DNA of 64,000 nucleotides from Armatimonadota bacterium (GTDB lineage: Bacteria; Armatimonadota; SYMT01): positions 1 to 64,000 of the forward strand of contig JBKBRF010000025.1 of NCBI GenBank assembly GCA_046292385.1, given 5' to 3'. Positions 10,132-23,195 of the stretch are shown here, piece after piece. Position numbers and translations under genes: made by a program. Every line of letters begins with the position of its first letter. Position 1 is the first letter of the stretch. The notes under the pieces are model-generated. The model was not told the origin of the DNA, did not search any database, and saw nothing but the letters and a program-made list of their open reading frames with translations.

Positions 10132-11010
10132 ATGAGCTACACGGACACCAGACAGCGCGACTTCGGGCACGGCCAGATCCCGACCGACCTGGATCGGCTG
10201 GAGAACCTCGACGACTTCGAGATCGCGGAGGACGAGATCGACCCGCGCGGATGGGACGTCGTGGGGCAGGATGGCGAGAAGATCGGAACGATCAAGCATC
10301 TCCTGGCCAGCCCCACCACGATGCGGGCGCACTTCGCGGTAGTCGACTGCGGCGGCTGGTTCAACCAGAAGCTGTTCGCGATCCCGCTGGACGACCTGCG
10401 CTTCGACCGGAACGACGACCAGGTGCACGCGCCGTTCACCCGGGAGCAGTTCCAGAACGCGCCGGAGTGGAGTGAAGACCGGCCGGACTACCAGGGCTAC
10501 TACTCCTACTGGAGCGGGCTCGGCGCGGGCACGATGGCGACCCGCCGCGACGTCCGCGAGCGCGGTGAGCTTCGAGAGGAGACCGGCGCTCGCGGCGGCG
10601 AGATCCGTGTCCCGGTCACCGAGGAGGTAGCGGAGGTCCGGAAGCAGGCCCACGAGGCCGGCGCCGTGACGATTCGGAAGCGGGCGCACACCGAAACGCA
10701 GCATATCTCCGAGCCGGTGCGGCGCACCCGCGTGGTCGCCGAGACGCGGGAGGTGCCGCCCGGCGAGCAGTACACCGCGGCCAATGCGACCACCCTGCGC
10801 GAAGGAGAGACGCTCCGCGTGCCGGTGATCGAGGAAGAGCTCACCGTGGAGAAGACCCCCCGCGTGACGAAGGAGGTCGTCCTCCGCACCGAGACGGAGA
10901 CCGAGCAGGTCGAGCGCGACGTCGAGCTCCGCCACGAGGAAGTCGAGCTCGAGGAGGAAGGCGACGTCGAGTACGACGAGGCCGCTCCGCGCGCCGGCGG
11001 CCGTTTCTGA
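10132..11010 (+). CDS. PRC-barrel + YsnF/AvaK (DUF2382) domain protein
   Basis: DPRGWDVVGQDGEKIG (PRC); VPVIEEELTVEK..V.KEV, acidic C-terminus. Confidence 0.88.
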   Translation: MSYTDTRQRDFGHGQIPTDLDRLENLDDFEIAEDEIDPRGWDVVGQDGEKIGTIKHLLASPTTMRAHFAVVDCGGWFNQKLFAIPLDDLRFDRNDDQVHAPFTREQFQNAPEWSEDRPDYQGYYSYWSGLGAGTMATRRDVRERGELREETGARGGEIRVPVTEEVAEVRKQAHEAGAVTIRKRAHTETQHISEPVRRTRVVAETREVPPGEQYTAANATTLREGETLRVPVIEEELTVEKTPRVTKEVVLRTETETEQVERDVELRHEEVELEEEGDVEYDEAAPRAGGRF

Positions 11011-11020
11011 CCCCCTCCGA

Positions 11021-11047
11021 CCGGGGGAGGCACAGCGCCTCCCCCGG
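11021..11047 (+). terminator. GC-rich hairpin after YsnF-like gene
   Basis: CCGGGGGAGGC-acagc-GCCTCCCCCGG; no U-tract. Confidence 0.45.
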
Positions 11048-11086
11048 CGCCGGAAGGCTGGACCGATCCACGAAAGGGAGAGTTCG

Positions 11087-11788
11087 ATGCCGGAGCTAGA
11101 TATTCAACATCGCCCGAACCCGGGCATGAGCTGGCTCCCCTGGGTCATCGGCGCCGTGCTGCTGGCGCTCATCGCCTGGGGAGTGTACGAAGTCGTCACG
11201 CCGGAGCGAGCCACGGGGCCGGCGACCACCACCGACCAGGTGGCCGGACAGCGCGAGGAGACCCCTCCGGCCGGCACCCAGCCGGGTGAGGGCACGGGCA
11301 CCATGGCGGGCGCGGCGCTGCCGCTGGCAGCGATCACGCAGGCGCCCAACACCTACTTCGGCCAGCCGGTCGAAGGCACCGCCACCGTGGCCGAGGTGGT
11401 GAGCGACCGCGGTTACTGGGTGGAAGAAGGCGGCAGCCGGATGTTCGTGGTCCAGAGCGAGCAGCTCCCCGAAGCTGCGCTCGACGTGAACGCCGGCCAA
11501 CGAGTGCGAATCCGGGGCACCGTGATGGACACGCAGCAGATGGGGCAGACTCCGGATGTCGCGAACATGGACCAGCAGGCCCGCCAGATCCTCCAGGATC
11601 AGCCGGCGTTCATCCACGCCACCGACGTGACGATCCTGGATCGGACGACGAGCCCGGGGACGATGACCACCCCAGGCACGAACGGCGCCGAGACCACGAT
11701 GCCGGGCACCACCAATGAGCCGGGCACGACCACGATGCCGGGCACCACCAATGAGCCGGGCACGAGCACGATGCCGGGCACCCGGTAG
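11087..11788 (+). CDS. Hypothetical single-pass membrane protein with Thr/Pro-rich repeat tail
   Basis: AAGGGAG RBS, WLPWVIGAVLLALIAW TM segment, VVSDRGYWV. Confidence 0.75.
   Translation: MPELDIQHRPNPGMSWLPWVIGAVLLALIAWGVYEVVTPERATGPATTTDQVAGQREETPPAGTQPGEGTGTMAGAALPLAAITQAPNTYFGQPVEGTATVAEVVSDRGYWVEEGGSRMFVVQSEQLPEAALDVNAGQRVRIRGTVMDTQQMGQTPDVANMDQQARQILQDQPAFIHATDVTILDRTTSPGTMTTPGTNGAETTMPGTTNEPGTTTMPGTTNEPGTSTMPGTR
11693..11782 (+). repeat. Coding tandem repeat, 2.5 x 36 bp (TTMPGTTNEPGT)
   Basis: ACCACGATGCCGGGCACCACCAATGAGCCGGGCACG twice plus a partial copy. Confidence 0.9.
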
Positions 11789-11809
11789 CCTCCGGCTGAC
11801 CGGCCCGAA

Positions 11810-11841
11810 GAAGAGCCCGACTCGCCCGAGCCGGGCTCTTC
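11810..11841 (+). terminator. Hairpin, probable terminator
   Basis: GAAGAGCCCG-actcgcccgagc-CGGGCTCTTC. Confidence 0.55.
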
Positions 11842-11951
11842 GCCGTTGCCCCGCACTCGAGCAGCCGGGCCCCGCGGACGACGAGCGGTCCCTCTCACGA
11901 TAAGCTTTCACCGGCGATTGCCGCGGAGTGGCGGCCGGAGGAAGTAACGTG

Positions 11952-13955
11952 ATGAGGATCGGGATTGGTGTGGCGGTGCTGGCGCTCGCGGCGGTGCTGG
12001 GCGGGGCGGAGGCCGGAGAGCAGCGCGAGGCGGCGGAGAGGCCGCCGGTCGGGGTCGCGCAGCTCTCGCGGCTCGACTTGCTGCCGCGGCTCAAGGAGCC
12101 GGTCAAGGTAGGGATGTTCTCCAGCTACGACCGCACCGGCGGCAACGACGACGGCTTCTCCGGCCGGCACTCGTTCCTACGCAAGGAAGGGGACGGGCTG
12201 GTGATCGCGGAGATGAAGGGTCCGGGCTGCGTGACCCGCATCTGGACACCGACGCCGACCGACGATCCGGTGGAGTTCTACTTCGACGGGGAGGCCCAGC
12301 CGCGCCTGCGGATCCCGTTCCGCAAGCTGTTCGACGGCACCCAGCCGCCGTTCGTGGAGCCGGTGAGCGGCTACGGCGCCGGCGGGTTCTGGACTTACCT
12401 GCCGCTCCCCTACCGGGAGTCGCTCAAGGTGGTGGTCCGCGCGCCGAAGCTCCAGTTCTACCAGCTCAACTACGCCACCTACGCCCCCGGCACGCCGGTA
12501 GAGACGTTCCGCCCGCAGCTCACCGGAGACCAGCAGGCGGCGCTGAAGCGCGCGCAGCAGGTGCTCGGCTCCACGGGGAAGGACCTGACCGAGTACGTGG
12601 CTCCGGCCGGCGCAGCGGTCCACACCACCCGGGTGAACGCCAGCCTGGCTCCCGGCAAGAGCGTGCAGCTCTTCTCCGCCCGCAAGGGGGGCCGCGTGCT
12701 CGGCCTGAAGATCAGCCCCGCCTCCGCCCTGGCGGGTAAGGACCGGTCGGTGCTGCTCCGGATGCACTGGGACGGCGAGGAGCAACCCGCGGTGCTGGCG
12801 CCGGCGGGCGACTTCTTCGGCTACTCCTGGGGCGAGCCGGCCGCGCGCGGGCTGCTCCTTGGGACCGACGGCGACACCTCCTACGTGTGGTACCCGATGC
12901 CGTTCGACCGCTCCGCCCGGATCGAGCTCGTCTCCGAGCGCGCCAGCGGCTCTCCGGTGGAGATCCAGGCGGAGGTGATCCACGCCGACACGCCGCGCCG
13001 GGCGGACGAGGGCCGCTTCTACGCGCTCTGGCGCCGGGAGAACCCGACCCGCCAGGGGGTGCCGTTCACCTTCCTCGACACCCGCGGACGCGGTCACGTC
13101 GCGGGCGTGGCGCTGCAGGCACAGGGTCCGGTCTCCGGGCACACCTACTTCTTCGAAGGCGATGAGCAGGTGATGCTGGACGGCGAGCTGGTAGCGCACG
13201 GCACCGGCTCCGAGGACTTCTTCAACGGCGGCTGGTACGACGTTCCGGGCCGGTGGGACGCGCGCTACTCCTTCCCGCTCTCCGGCTGCCTCGATTACAA
13301 GAAGCACCTCGGCCGCACCGGCGCCTACCGCAGCTTCCTGCTGGACACCTACTCCTTCACCGACTTCGCGCAGCTCACCATCGAGCACGCGCCGGAGCGC
13401 AACGAGATGGTGACCGACTACGCCGGCGTCACCTATCTCTACCTGATGCAGCCGCCGCGGGGCGTGGGGTACGTGCCGCCGGTGGAGCAGCGGGCGGTGC
13501 AGGACTTCGACCGCTTCGTCTACGTGCCCGGCTGGAGCGTGCCGATCCACGCCTTCTCCTTCCAGAATGCCACGCTCGCCAAGAAGAACGAGCGCATCGG
13601 GAACGAAGAGGTGCGCTACCTGGCGCTCCGGGCCGAAGGCGACGACGTGTTCGGCCAGCACCTGGTCGCGCTGACCTGCGAGGTACCGGTGAGAGGCCGC
13701 TACCGCGTGAGCATCGAGACGATCCGCGGCCCGGAACAGGGCCACGTGCAGCTCTTCCAGAACGAGAAGGCGATGGGAGAGGTGGTCGACCTCTACTCCC
13801 CCCAGCGGAGCCGCAGCGGCATGCAGCCCCTGGGAACGGTGGAGCTGGAGGAAGGCGGCAACCCGATCTACCTCAAGCTGGTCGGGAAGAACGCCGCCGC
13901 CAGGAGCATGGGGCTGGACCTGATCACCGTCCAGCTCGAGCGGGTCACGCCATGA
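11952..13955 (+). CDS. DUF2961 (GH172-like) domain protein, secreted
   Basis: Signal peptide; SSYDRTGGNDDG, GPGCVTRIW, FEGDE, GTGSEDFFNGGWY. Confidence 0.85.
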   Translation: MRIGIGVAVLALAAVLGGAEAGEQREAAERPPVGVAQLSRLDLLPRLKEPVKVGMFSSYDRTGGNDDGFSGRHSFLRKEGDGLVIAEMKGPGCVTRIWTPTPTDDPVEFYFDGEAQPRLRIPFRKLFDGTQPPFVEPVSGYGAGGFWTYLPLPYRESLKVVVRAPKLQFYQLNYATYAPGTPVETFRPQLTGDQQAALKRAQQVLGSTGKDLTEYVAPAGAAVHTTRVNASLAPGKSVQLFSARKGGRVLGLKISPASALAGKDRSVLLRMHWDGEEQPAVLAPAGDFFGYSWGEPAARGLLLGTDGDTSYVWYPMPFDRSARIELVSERASGSPVEIQAEVIHADTPRRADEGRFYALWRRENPTRQGVPFTFLDTRGRGHVAGVALQAQGPVSGHTYFFEGDEQVMLDGELVAHGTGSEDFFNGGWYDVPGRWDARYSFPLSGCLDYKKHLGRTGAYRSFLLDTYSFTDFAQLTIEHAPERNEMVTDYAGVTYLYLMQPPRGVGYVPPVEQRAVQDFDRFVYVPGWSVPIHAFSFQNATLAKKNERIGNEEVRYLALRAEGDDVFGQHLVALTCEVPVRGRYRVSIETIRGPEQGHVQLFQNEKAMGEVVDLYSPQRSRSGMQPLGTVELEEGGNPIYLKLVGKNAAARSMGLDLITVQLERVTP

Positions 13956-14031
13956 CGGTCTGAGGCCGCCGCTGAGGGCAATGGTTGAAGCTGGAACGCC
14001 CGAGCACACCTGCGGGAGGTGACATTCATCA

Positions 14032-15132
14032 ATGATTACCCGGGTCTATGCCAACAACTTCCGCTGCCTGGTGGCGTTCGAGGCACGCTTCGACACCTTT
14101 GCGCTCCTTTGCGGGCCGAATGGAGCGGGGAAAAGCTCCGTATTCGACGTGCTGAAGCTCATCCGTGACCTGGCATCCGGCGACGCCGTACTCGGAGGCG
14201 AGGGAGAGCGCGACATTCAGCGGCTTGAGTTTACTCAGTGGATGGATAGTCCCATTCAGGAATTCGAGCTTGAGCTTTCCGCCGGGGGCCATCAGTTCGA
14301 ATACGCTCTCCACCTACAGCAGGTGGCCACGGACCTGAAACCGCGGATCATCCTGGAGCGAGCGACGTGCGATGGCAAGGAGCTCTTTCAGCGCGACCTG
14401 GACGGGGTGAAATTCCAGCAGGGCGACCGAACCTCCGGCTTCCCTCTCGACTGGCGGCAGGCCGCGTTAGGAGCCATCCAGCCGACCCGGGGCAGGCAGC
14501 ACATCGGAACGCTCCAGGACGCGATTGCAGGTATCCTGATCCTTCGCCCGAGTCCGCGGGAGATGGAATCGGAGAGTAAGGCGGAGGCTCCTTATCCTCA
14601 CCTCTCCCTGCGGAACCTGACCTCGTGGTTCCGTACCCTCTCGCAGGAACAGGAGTGGACCGACCTGCTGCGGGAATCGCTTCGGGAGGTGTGGCCGGAC
14701 TTTCGCTCATTTCGCCTGGAGAACGTGGGCCTCCACGCGAAGGCGCTGCAACTCCGCTTCGAGGACCTGAGTACTCCGCTCTTCTTCGAGCAGCTCTCGG
14801 ATGGAGAGAAGGCTCTCATCGGGCTGTACATGGCCCGGGCAGCGTTGGCGACCGGGGCGACCCATACGGTCCTGGTGGACGAGCCGGATAACTACGTAGG
14901 TCTACCGGAGCTTCAACCCTGGCTGCTGGCAACGCTGGAGTTACTCGATCAGTCTCATCAGGCGATCTTGATCTCTCACCATCCCGAGATCCTGAGGTAC
15001 GCCGACGTGGAATCCGGGTGCTACTTCTGGCGCGACAACCACACCTCACCGACGAGGATCGGACCGCTTCGGGTGCCGTCCGGGATCAGTCCCGGCGAGG
15101 CGATTGTGCGGGGATGGGTGAATGCCCAGTAG
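14032..15132 (+). CDS. ABC-type AAA ATPase (AAA_21/AAA_15-like)
   Basis: NNFRC, Walker A GPNGAGKSS, LSDGE signature, Walker B VLVDEPD, ISHHP. Confidence 0.9.
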   Translation: MITRVYANNFRCLVAFEARFDTFALLCGPNGAGKSSVFDVLKLIRDLASGDAVLGGEGERDIQRLEFTQWMDSPIQEFELELSAGGHQFEYALHLQQVATDLKPRIILERATCDGKELFQRDLDGVKFQQGDRTSGFPLDWRQAALGAIQPTRGRQHIGTLQDAIAGILILRPSPREMESESKAEAPYPHLSLRNLTSWFRTLSQEQEWTDLLRESLREVWPDFRSFRLENVGLHAKALQLRFEDLSTPLFFEQLSDGEKALIGLYMARAALATGATHTVLVDEPDNYVGLPELQPWLLATLELLDQSHQAILISHHPEILRYADVESGCYFWRDNHTSPTRIGPLRVPSGISPGEAIVRGWVNAQ

Positions 15133-15685
15133 AACCCAGGTCGTCTGCGTTCACGAGGGTGAGCACGGCAGGAGTATCGATGGCGTGTTCATCAACCGGA
15201 TCCTGCGAGCCCTGAATCCCGCGTGGGTCCGGTGGGAGGGGAATAACGTGGTGCGGCTGGTTCCCTGCGGCGGGCGAACCAGCCTGGTGGAACGGATGCC
15301 TGCGGAGCTCAGGGCCTGTGGTGAGCGGGGAGGCGATACGACACTCATCGTGTGGGCGGATCTCGATCACGATATGGCTGACGGCGAAGCGCTGAAGCGG
15401 GTGTTCTGGCAAGCTTGCCAGGCCCAGGGCATCGAGCGTGAGCTGTTCGACCGGGCCGTCTTTGTCTTCGCGAAGGACCGGCTGGAAAACTGGATCGAGT
15501 ACCTGAACACCGGAGCGACGGACGAGGGGCGCGAGGGTCCCCGGGTGAGTCCGAGAGAAGCGGCGGACGCTGCGCGCACTCTGGCTGAACGCTGCCGGCG
15601 AGGCGCGCCCGAGCCGCAGATGCCGCCCTCTCTCAAGTGGTCGTGCCAGAACTGGCGCGAGCTCACCCTCCGGATGAGAGGTTAG
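15122..15685 (+). CDS. Hypothetical protein with TOPRIM-like motifs (DUF4276/DUF4435-like)
   Basis: Overlaps the ATPase stop; VCVHEG...D, CGG, WADLD, LENW. Confidence 0.65.
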   Translation: MPSRTQVVCVHEGEHGRSIDGVFINRILRALNPAWVRWEGNNVVRLVPCGGRTSLVERMPAELRACGERGGDTTLIVWADLDHDMADGEALKRVFWQACQAQGIERELFDRAVFVFAKDRLENWIEYLNTGATDEGREGPRVSPREAADAARTLAERCRRGAPEPQMPPSLKWSCQNWRELTLRMRG

Positions 15686-15709
15686 GGAGGGGTCGTCCCC
15701 GCCTCGGCT

Positions 15710-17152
15710 TCACGCCAGGATCTCCTTGATCACGTGGCCGTGGACGTCGGTGAGGCGGCGGTCGATGCCGTTGTGGCGGAACGTCAGCCGCTCGTGGTTG
15801 ATGCCGAGCAGGTGCAGGATCGTGGCGTGGAGGTCGTAGCAGTAGGTCGGGTTCTGGACCGCCCGGTACGACCACTCGTCGCTGGCGCCGTAGGTGGCTC
15901 CGCCCTGGATGCCGCCGCCGGCCAGCCAGGTGGTGAAGGCGGCGGGGTTGTGATCGCGGCCCTTGCTGCCCTGGCTGCACGGCATGCGGCCGAACTCGGT
16001 GGTCCAGACCACCAGCGTATCGTCCAGCAGCCCGCGCGCCTTCAGGTCCCGGATCAGCGCCGCCGCCGGGCGGTCCATGCCGAGCGCCATGTCGGCGTGG
16101 TCCTTCGCCAGGTCCTCGTGGGAGTCCCAGTTGCGGCGGGGGAAGCCGTTGTCGGCCCCGCTCCAGAGCTGGACGAACCGCACTCCTTTCTCCAGCAGGC
16201 GGCGGGCGACCAGGCACCGCGTCCCAAACTCTTCCGTCGCCGGATCGTCCAGGCCGTAGAGCGCGCGAGTGGCGGGCGACTCGCCAGAGAGGTCGAGCAC
16301 CTCGGGCGCGCTGAGCTGCAAGCGGCCGGCCAGCTCGTAGGAGCGGATGCGCGCTTCCAGGCGGGAGTCCCCCTCCCGCTCGGCGCGGTGACCCTCGTTC
16401 AGGCGTTTCAGCAGCGCCAGCGCGTCCCGCTCGCTCTCCTTCGTGATCTGCGGGCGCTCCGGCGGGAAGAGGTCGTAGATCGGGTTCTTCGCGCCCACGC
16501 GGACCATCGTTCCCTGGTGTGCCGCCGGCAAGAACGCCGCGCTCCAGTTGGCCGGACCGTTCGGCGCGAAGCCGCGCGGGTCCGGCAGCACCACGAAGGT
16601 GGGGAGGTTCTGGTTGAGGCCGCCGAGGGCGTAGCTGACCCACGACCCGGCGCTGGGGAAGCCGGGCAGCACGAAGCCGCTGTTCTGCATGAAGGTGGCG
16701 GGACCGTGGACGTTCGACTTGGAGACCATCGAGTAGATGAACGCCATGTCGTCGACGCAGCCGGCGAGGTGCGGCACCAGGCCGCTCACCCAGCGCCCGC
16801 ACTGCCCGTGCTGCTTCCACTCCCACGGGCTCGCCATCACCGTGCCGGGGTTACTCTGGAAGAGCTCTACCTTGCCGCCCGGGTCGAACGGCTGGCCCGC
16901 CCGGCGGATCAGCTCCGGCTTGTAGTCGAACGTGTCGCACTGGCTCGCCGCGCCGGACATGAAGAGCTGGACCACCCGCTTCGCCTTTGCCGGGTGGTGG
17001 AGGCCCCCGTTCAGCGCCGGCCTGGCGCCGCCCGCCGCCAGCGCGCCCTCGGAGGCGAGCAGGGACGCCAGCGCCACGCCCCCCAGCCCGCCGCCCGCCT
17101 GCCACAGCAGCGCACGGCGCGTCTTCAACCGGCCCTCAGTGCGGGATCGCAT
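15710..17152 (-). CDS. DUF1501 family protein
   Basis: AKAKRVVQLFMSGA.SQ.DTFDYKP, ARRLLEKGVRFVQ, WDSH, EFGR.P, GRDHN. Confidence 0.92.
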   Translation of the reverse strand: MRSRTEGRLKTRRALLWQAGGGLGGVALASLLASEGALAAGGARPALNGGLHHPAKAKRVVQLFMSGAASQCDTFDYKPELIRRAGQPFDPGGKVELFQSNPGTVMASPWEWKQHGQCGRWVSGLVPHLAGCVDDMAFIYSMVSKSNVHGPATFMQNSGFVLPGFPSAGSWVSYALGGLNQNLPTFVVLPDPRGFAPNGPANWSAAFLPAAHQGTMVRVGAKNPIYDLFPPERPQITKESERDALALLKRLNEGHRAEREGDSRLEARIRSYELAGRLQLSAPEVLDLSGESPATRALYGLDDPATEEFGTRCLVARRLLEKGVRFVQLWSGADNGFPRRNWDSHEDLAKDHADMALGMDRPAAALIRDLKARGLLDDTLVVWTTEFGRMPCSQGSKGRDHNPAAFTTWLAGGGIQGGATYGASDEWSYRAVQNPTYCYDLHATILHLLGINHERLTFRHNGIDRRLTDVHGHVIKEILA

Positions 17153-17160
17153 CAGCTTCC

Positions 17161-20385
<3,225 letters not shown>

Positions 20386-20493
20386 GGGAGAACCTCACGG
20401 TGGGCACGGGACCGGTTCCAGAGCAGGACACGGAAAACGGCCGCATGTTTCAGGGCTCCGCCGGCGCGGGCGGCGAGCCTTCCAATTCAGCGA

Positions 20494-21687
20494 TCAGGGG
20501 CTCTTCCAATCCGCTCCCGGCAGCATGCGCCGCATGAACTCATCGAAAAGCGGAACCGTGAAGGCGGTGTCGCCGTGGCTGGGGCTCCAGATCATGCCCT
20601 TGGCGATGAGCTGGTTGCGGACCGGCCCCAGAGAAGTGACCTTTCTTCCGAGTCCCGTCGCGATGTCGCCCGAGCGGTGCGGACCTGGCCCCAGCTCGGC
20701 CATTTGCCGGAGGTACCGCTTCTCCGCGGGAGTCAGGCGATCGAACCTCACCCGGAAGAAGCTCGCGTCGAGCGCGGCAACCGCGATTTCGGTCGCAGCG
20801 ACCACGTCCTCGCGAGTGATTGGTGGCGCCGCCGCCGTATCCCACGCATGCTTCCCCCACTCCTGAAGAAAGTACGGGTATCCACGCGTCTGCTCGAAGA
20901 TCTCCGTAAGGGCCGCCTCCTCGACGGCTACGCCCAGATCATTCGCGGGCTTCACGATCGCCCGGCGTGCCGCCTCTTCGGAGAGGGGGCCCACTGCGGG
21001 GAAGTCGAAGAGGCGCTCCGCGTACGACTTCGCCCGTCCCATCTGGCCCGGCAGCTGCGGCAAACCGGCCCCGACCAGGACCACGGGCAACTGCCGCTGC
21101 GCCGCGCGATGCAAGGCGGTAATCAGAGCGGCCAACTGGCTTTCCTCTACGTACTGGAGCTCGTCGATGAAGAGCGCCAGCACCGTTCCAGCTTCCCGCG
21201 CGGCAGTGCCGGCCGCTTCGAAGAGCGCCTGGAGATCTTCCGTAAGGTTGCCGTTGTCCGCCAATCCCGGCTCGGGATCGAAGTCGATCCCGACTTCGAT
21301 ATCCTGGTATTTGACCTTGAGTGCCCGCGCGAAGCCTGCCAGGGCACGCAGCGCTCGCTGCCCCAGTCCCTTCGCCCGCTCGTGGCGCGAGAGCTTCAAT
21401 AACGCGACCCGCAGCTCGGGCGCCAGGAGTGCGGGAAGAGAGCGGTTCTCCGGCGCCTCGATGCGGACCGACAACAATCCGCCCGCTTCCGCGTCATCCC
21501 GCATGCGGTCGAGCAGGACGGTCTTCCCGACGCCGCGCAGTCCCACCATCAAGACGCTCTTGGCAGGGCGGCCCGCACGGATCCGCTCGAGAGCGATGCC
21601 TACACTCTGCCGAAGCGCGTCGCGACCGGCCAGCTCCGGAGGCGGCGTACCCGCGCCGGGGGCATAAGGATTGGCAACTGGATCCAT
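20494..21687 (-). CDS. AAA_16-type ATP-binding protein
   Basis: NPYAPGAG.PP.LAGR, Walker A GLRGVGKT, FIDELQ, GYPYFLQEWG, FTVPLF. Confidence 0.88.
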   Translation of the reverse strand: MDPVANPYAPGAGTPPPELAGRDALRQSVGIALERIRAGRPAKSVLMVGLRGVGKTVLLDRMRDDAEAGGLLSVRIEAPENRSLPALLAPELRVALLKLSRHERAKGLGQRALRALAGFARALKVKYQDIEVGIDFDPEPGLADNGNLTEDLQALFEAAGTAAREAGTVLALFIDELQYVEESQLAALITALHRAAQRQLPVVLVGAGLPQLPGQMGRAKSYAERLFDFPAVGPLSEEAARRAIVKPANDLGVAVEEAALTEIFEQTRGYPYFLQEWGKHAWDTAAAPPITREDVVAATEIAVAALDASFFRVRFDRLTPAEKRYLRQMAELGPGPHRSGDIATGLGRKVTSLGPVRNQLIAKGMIWSPSHGDTAFTVPLFDEFMRRMLPGADWKSP

Positions 21688-21693
21688 GCGGCA

Positions 21694-21749
21694 ATTATAG
21701 CGAATTTATCGGTTTATATCCGAATCAGATAAACCGCCTAAACTCGCTA
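21694..21749 (-). promoter_or_regulatory. Perfect -10 box (TATAAT) 6 nt upstream of the ATG, overlapped by a long inverted repeat
   Basis: ATTATA at 21694-21699 on +; TAGCGAATTTATCGGTTTAT...ATAAACCGCCTAAACTCGCTA. Confidence 0.6.
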
Positions 21750-21891
21750 CAAACCACCCGGAGGCAGCTGTCCAGAGGCTCCGGAAGACGCCGACGAGTT
21801 TTGGGCTCGGCGGTAGAAGGGTAGGCTAGGGGCGCGGCGGGTGGGCCGAGGGGCGGCCCCCTGCCGGATCGCTGGAGGACCACCCGCGCGC

Positions 21892-23190
21892 ATGGCTATC
21901 CCCCGCTCCGAGCTGCACCAGATCACCGAGCCGGGCAATTTCTGCTGGGCCACTGGCATCGAGGATACGTTCATCACCGACCCCTGGCCGGCCACCGGCC
22001 GCACGCTCGACGAGTACGAGCTGACCGGTCACTACGAGCGCTGGCGGGAAGACCTCGACCTGATGGCGCAGCTGGGGGTGAAGACCGCCCGCTACGGCAT
22101 CCCCTGGCACCGGATCCAGCCCGAGCCGGACCGCTGGGACTGGACCTGGGCCGACGGTCCGATCGAGCGGATGCTGGAGCTCGGCATTGCGCCGATCCTG
22201 GACCTGGTCCACTACGGGCTGCCGCCCTGGATCGAAGGCGCGTACCTGCATCCGGACTTTCACCTGCTTATGGGGGAATATGCCCGGGGCGTGGCCGAGC
22301 GTTTCCGCGGTCGCGTCCGCTGGTATACCCCGCTAAACGAGCCGCGGATCACCGCGTGGTACTGCGGCAAGCTCGGTTGGTGGCCGCCCTACCGGCGGGG
22401 ATGGCGGGGATTCGTGGCGGTGATGCTGGGACTGAGCCGGGGGATCGTGCAGGCGGGGCGGGCGATCCAGGGGGTCGACCCGGAGAACGTGCTGGTGCAC
22501 GTCGACGCCACCGACGTCTACTCCGCCCGGGAGCCGGAATACGAGGCGGAAGCGGAGCGGCGGCAGCAGATCGGCTTCCTGGCGCTCGATCTCGCCAGCG
22601 GACGGGTGACGCGGGACCACCCGCTCCGCGACTGGCTGCACCAGTCTGGAGCCACGAATTCCGACCTGGAGTGGTTCCAATCACATTTCGTGCCGTTAGA
22701 TGTCGTCGGCTTGAATATGTATCCAATGTTCTCGCGGAAGCGGCTGGTCCGCTCGCCGCGAGGACTGCGCGTACAGATGCCGTACGCCACTCCGGAGATC
22801 GTGGAGCAGCTGGTCCGGCTCTACTGGGAGCAGTACGGGCGCCCCATGATGATCACGGAGACGGCGGCGCGGGGCACGTTCCAGCGGCGCCGGGCGTGGC
22901 TGGACGGCTCCGTGGCGGCGATTGGCCGCCTGCGGGCGGAGGGTTACCCGATTGTCGGCTACACCTGGTGGCCGATGTTCGCGCTCGTGGCGTGGGCCTA
23001 CCGGCAGGGCCGGCGCCCCGCGAGCGACTATCTGGAGCAGATGGGCCTCTGGAACCTGGATCCGGATCCCGAGCAGTGCCTCCGGCGCGTACCCACGCCG
23101 CTGGTGGAGGCCTACCGGGAGCTCGCGGAGGGCGGCAGCCGGGCCGTCGGACCGCTGAGTACGGAGCGTCCAGCCCAGGGGCGAGGATAA
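21892..23190 (+). CDS. Glycoside hydrolase family 1-like protein
   Basis: WATGIED, RYGIPW, DLVHYG, TPLNEP (acid/base), MITET (nucleophile), GYTWWP; GGAGG RBS. Confidence 0.85.
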   Translation: MAIPRSELHQITEPGNFCWATGIEDTFITDPWPATGRTLDEYELTGHYERWREDLDLMAQLGVKTARYGIPWHRIQPEPDRWDWTWADGPIERMLELGIAPILDLVHYGLPPWIEGAYLHPDFHLLMGEYARGVAERFRGRVRWYTPLNEPRITAWYCGKLGWWPPYRRGWRGFVAVMLGLSRGIVQAGRAIQGVDPENVLVHVDATDVYSAREPEYEAEAERRQQIGFLALDLASGRVTRDHPLRDWLHQSGATNSDLEWFQSHFVPLDVVGLNMYPMFSRKRLVRSPRGLRVQMPYATPEIVEQLVRLYWEQYGRPMMITETAARGTFQRRRAWLDGSVAAIGRLRAEGYPIVGYTWWPMFALVAWAYRQGRRPASDYLEQMGLWNLDPDPEQCLRRVPTPLVEAYRELAEGGSRAVGPLSTERPAQGRG

Positions 23191-23195
23191 GACGA

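Noticed and set aside
11693..11782. 36-bp direct repeats of CRISPR-like length
   Set aside because: Contiguous with no spacers, in frame within a CDS, no cas genes
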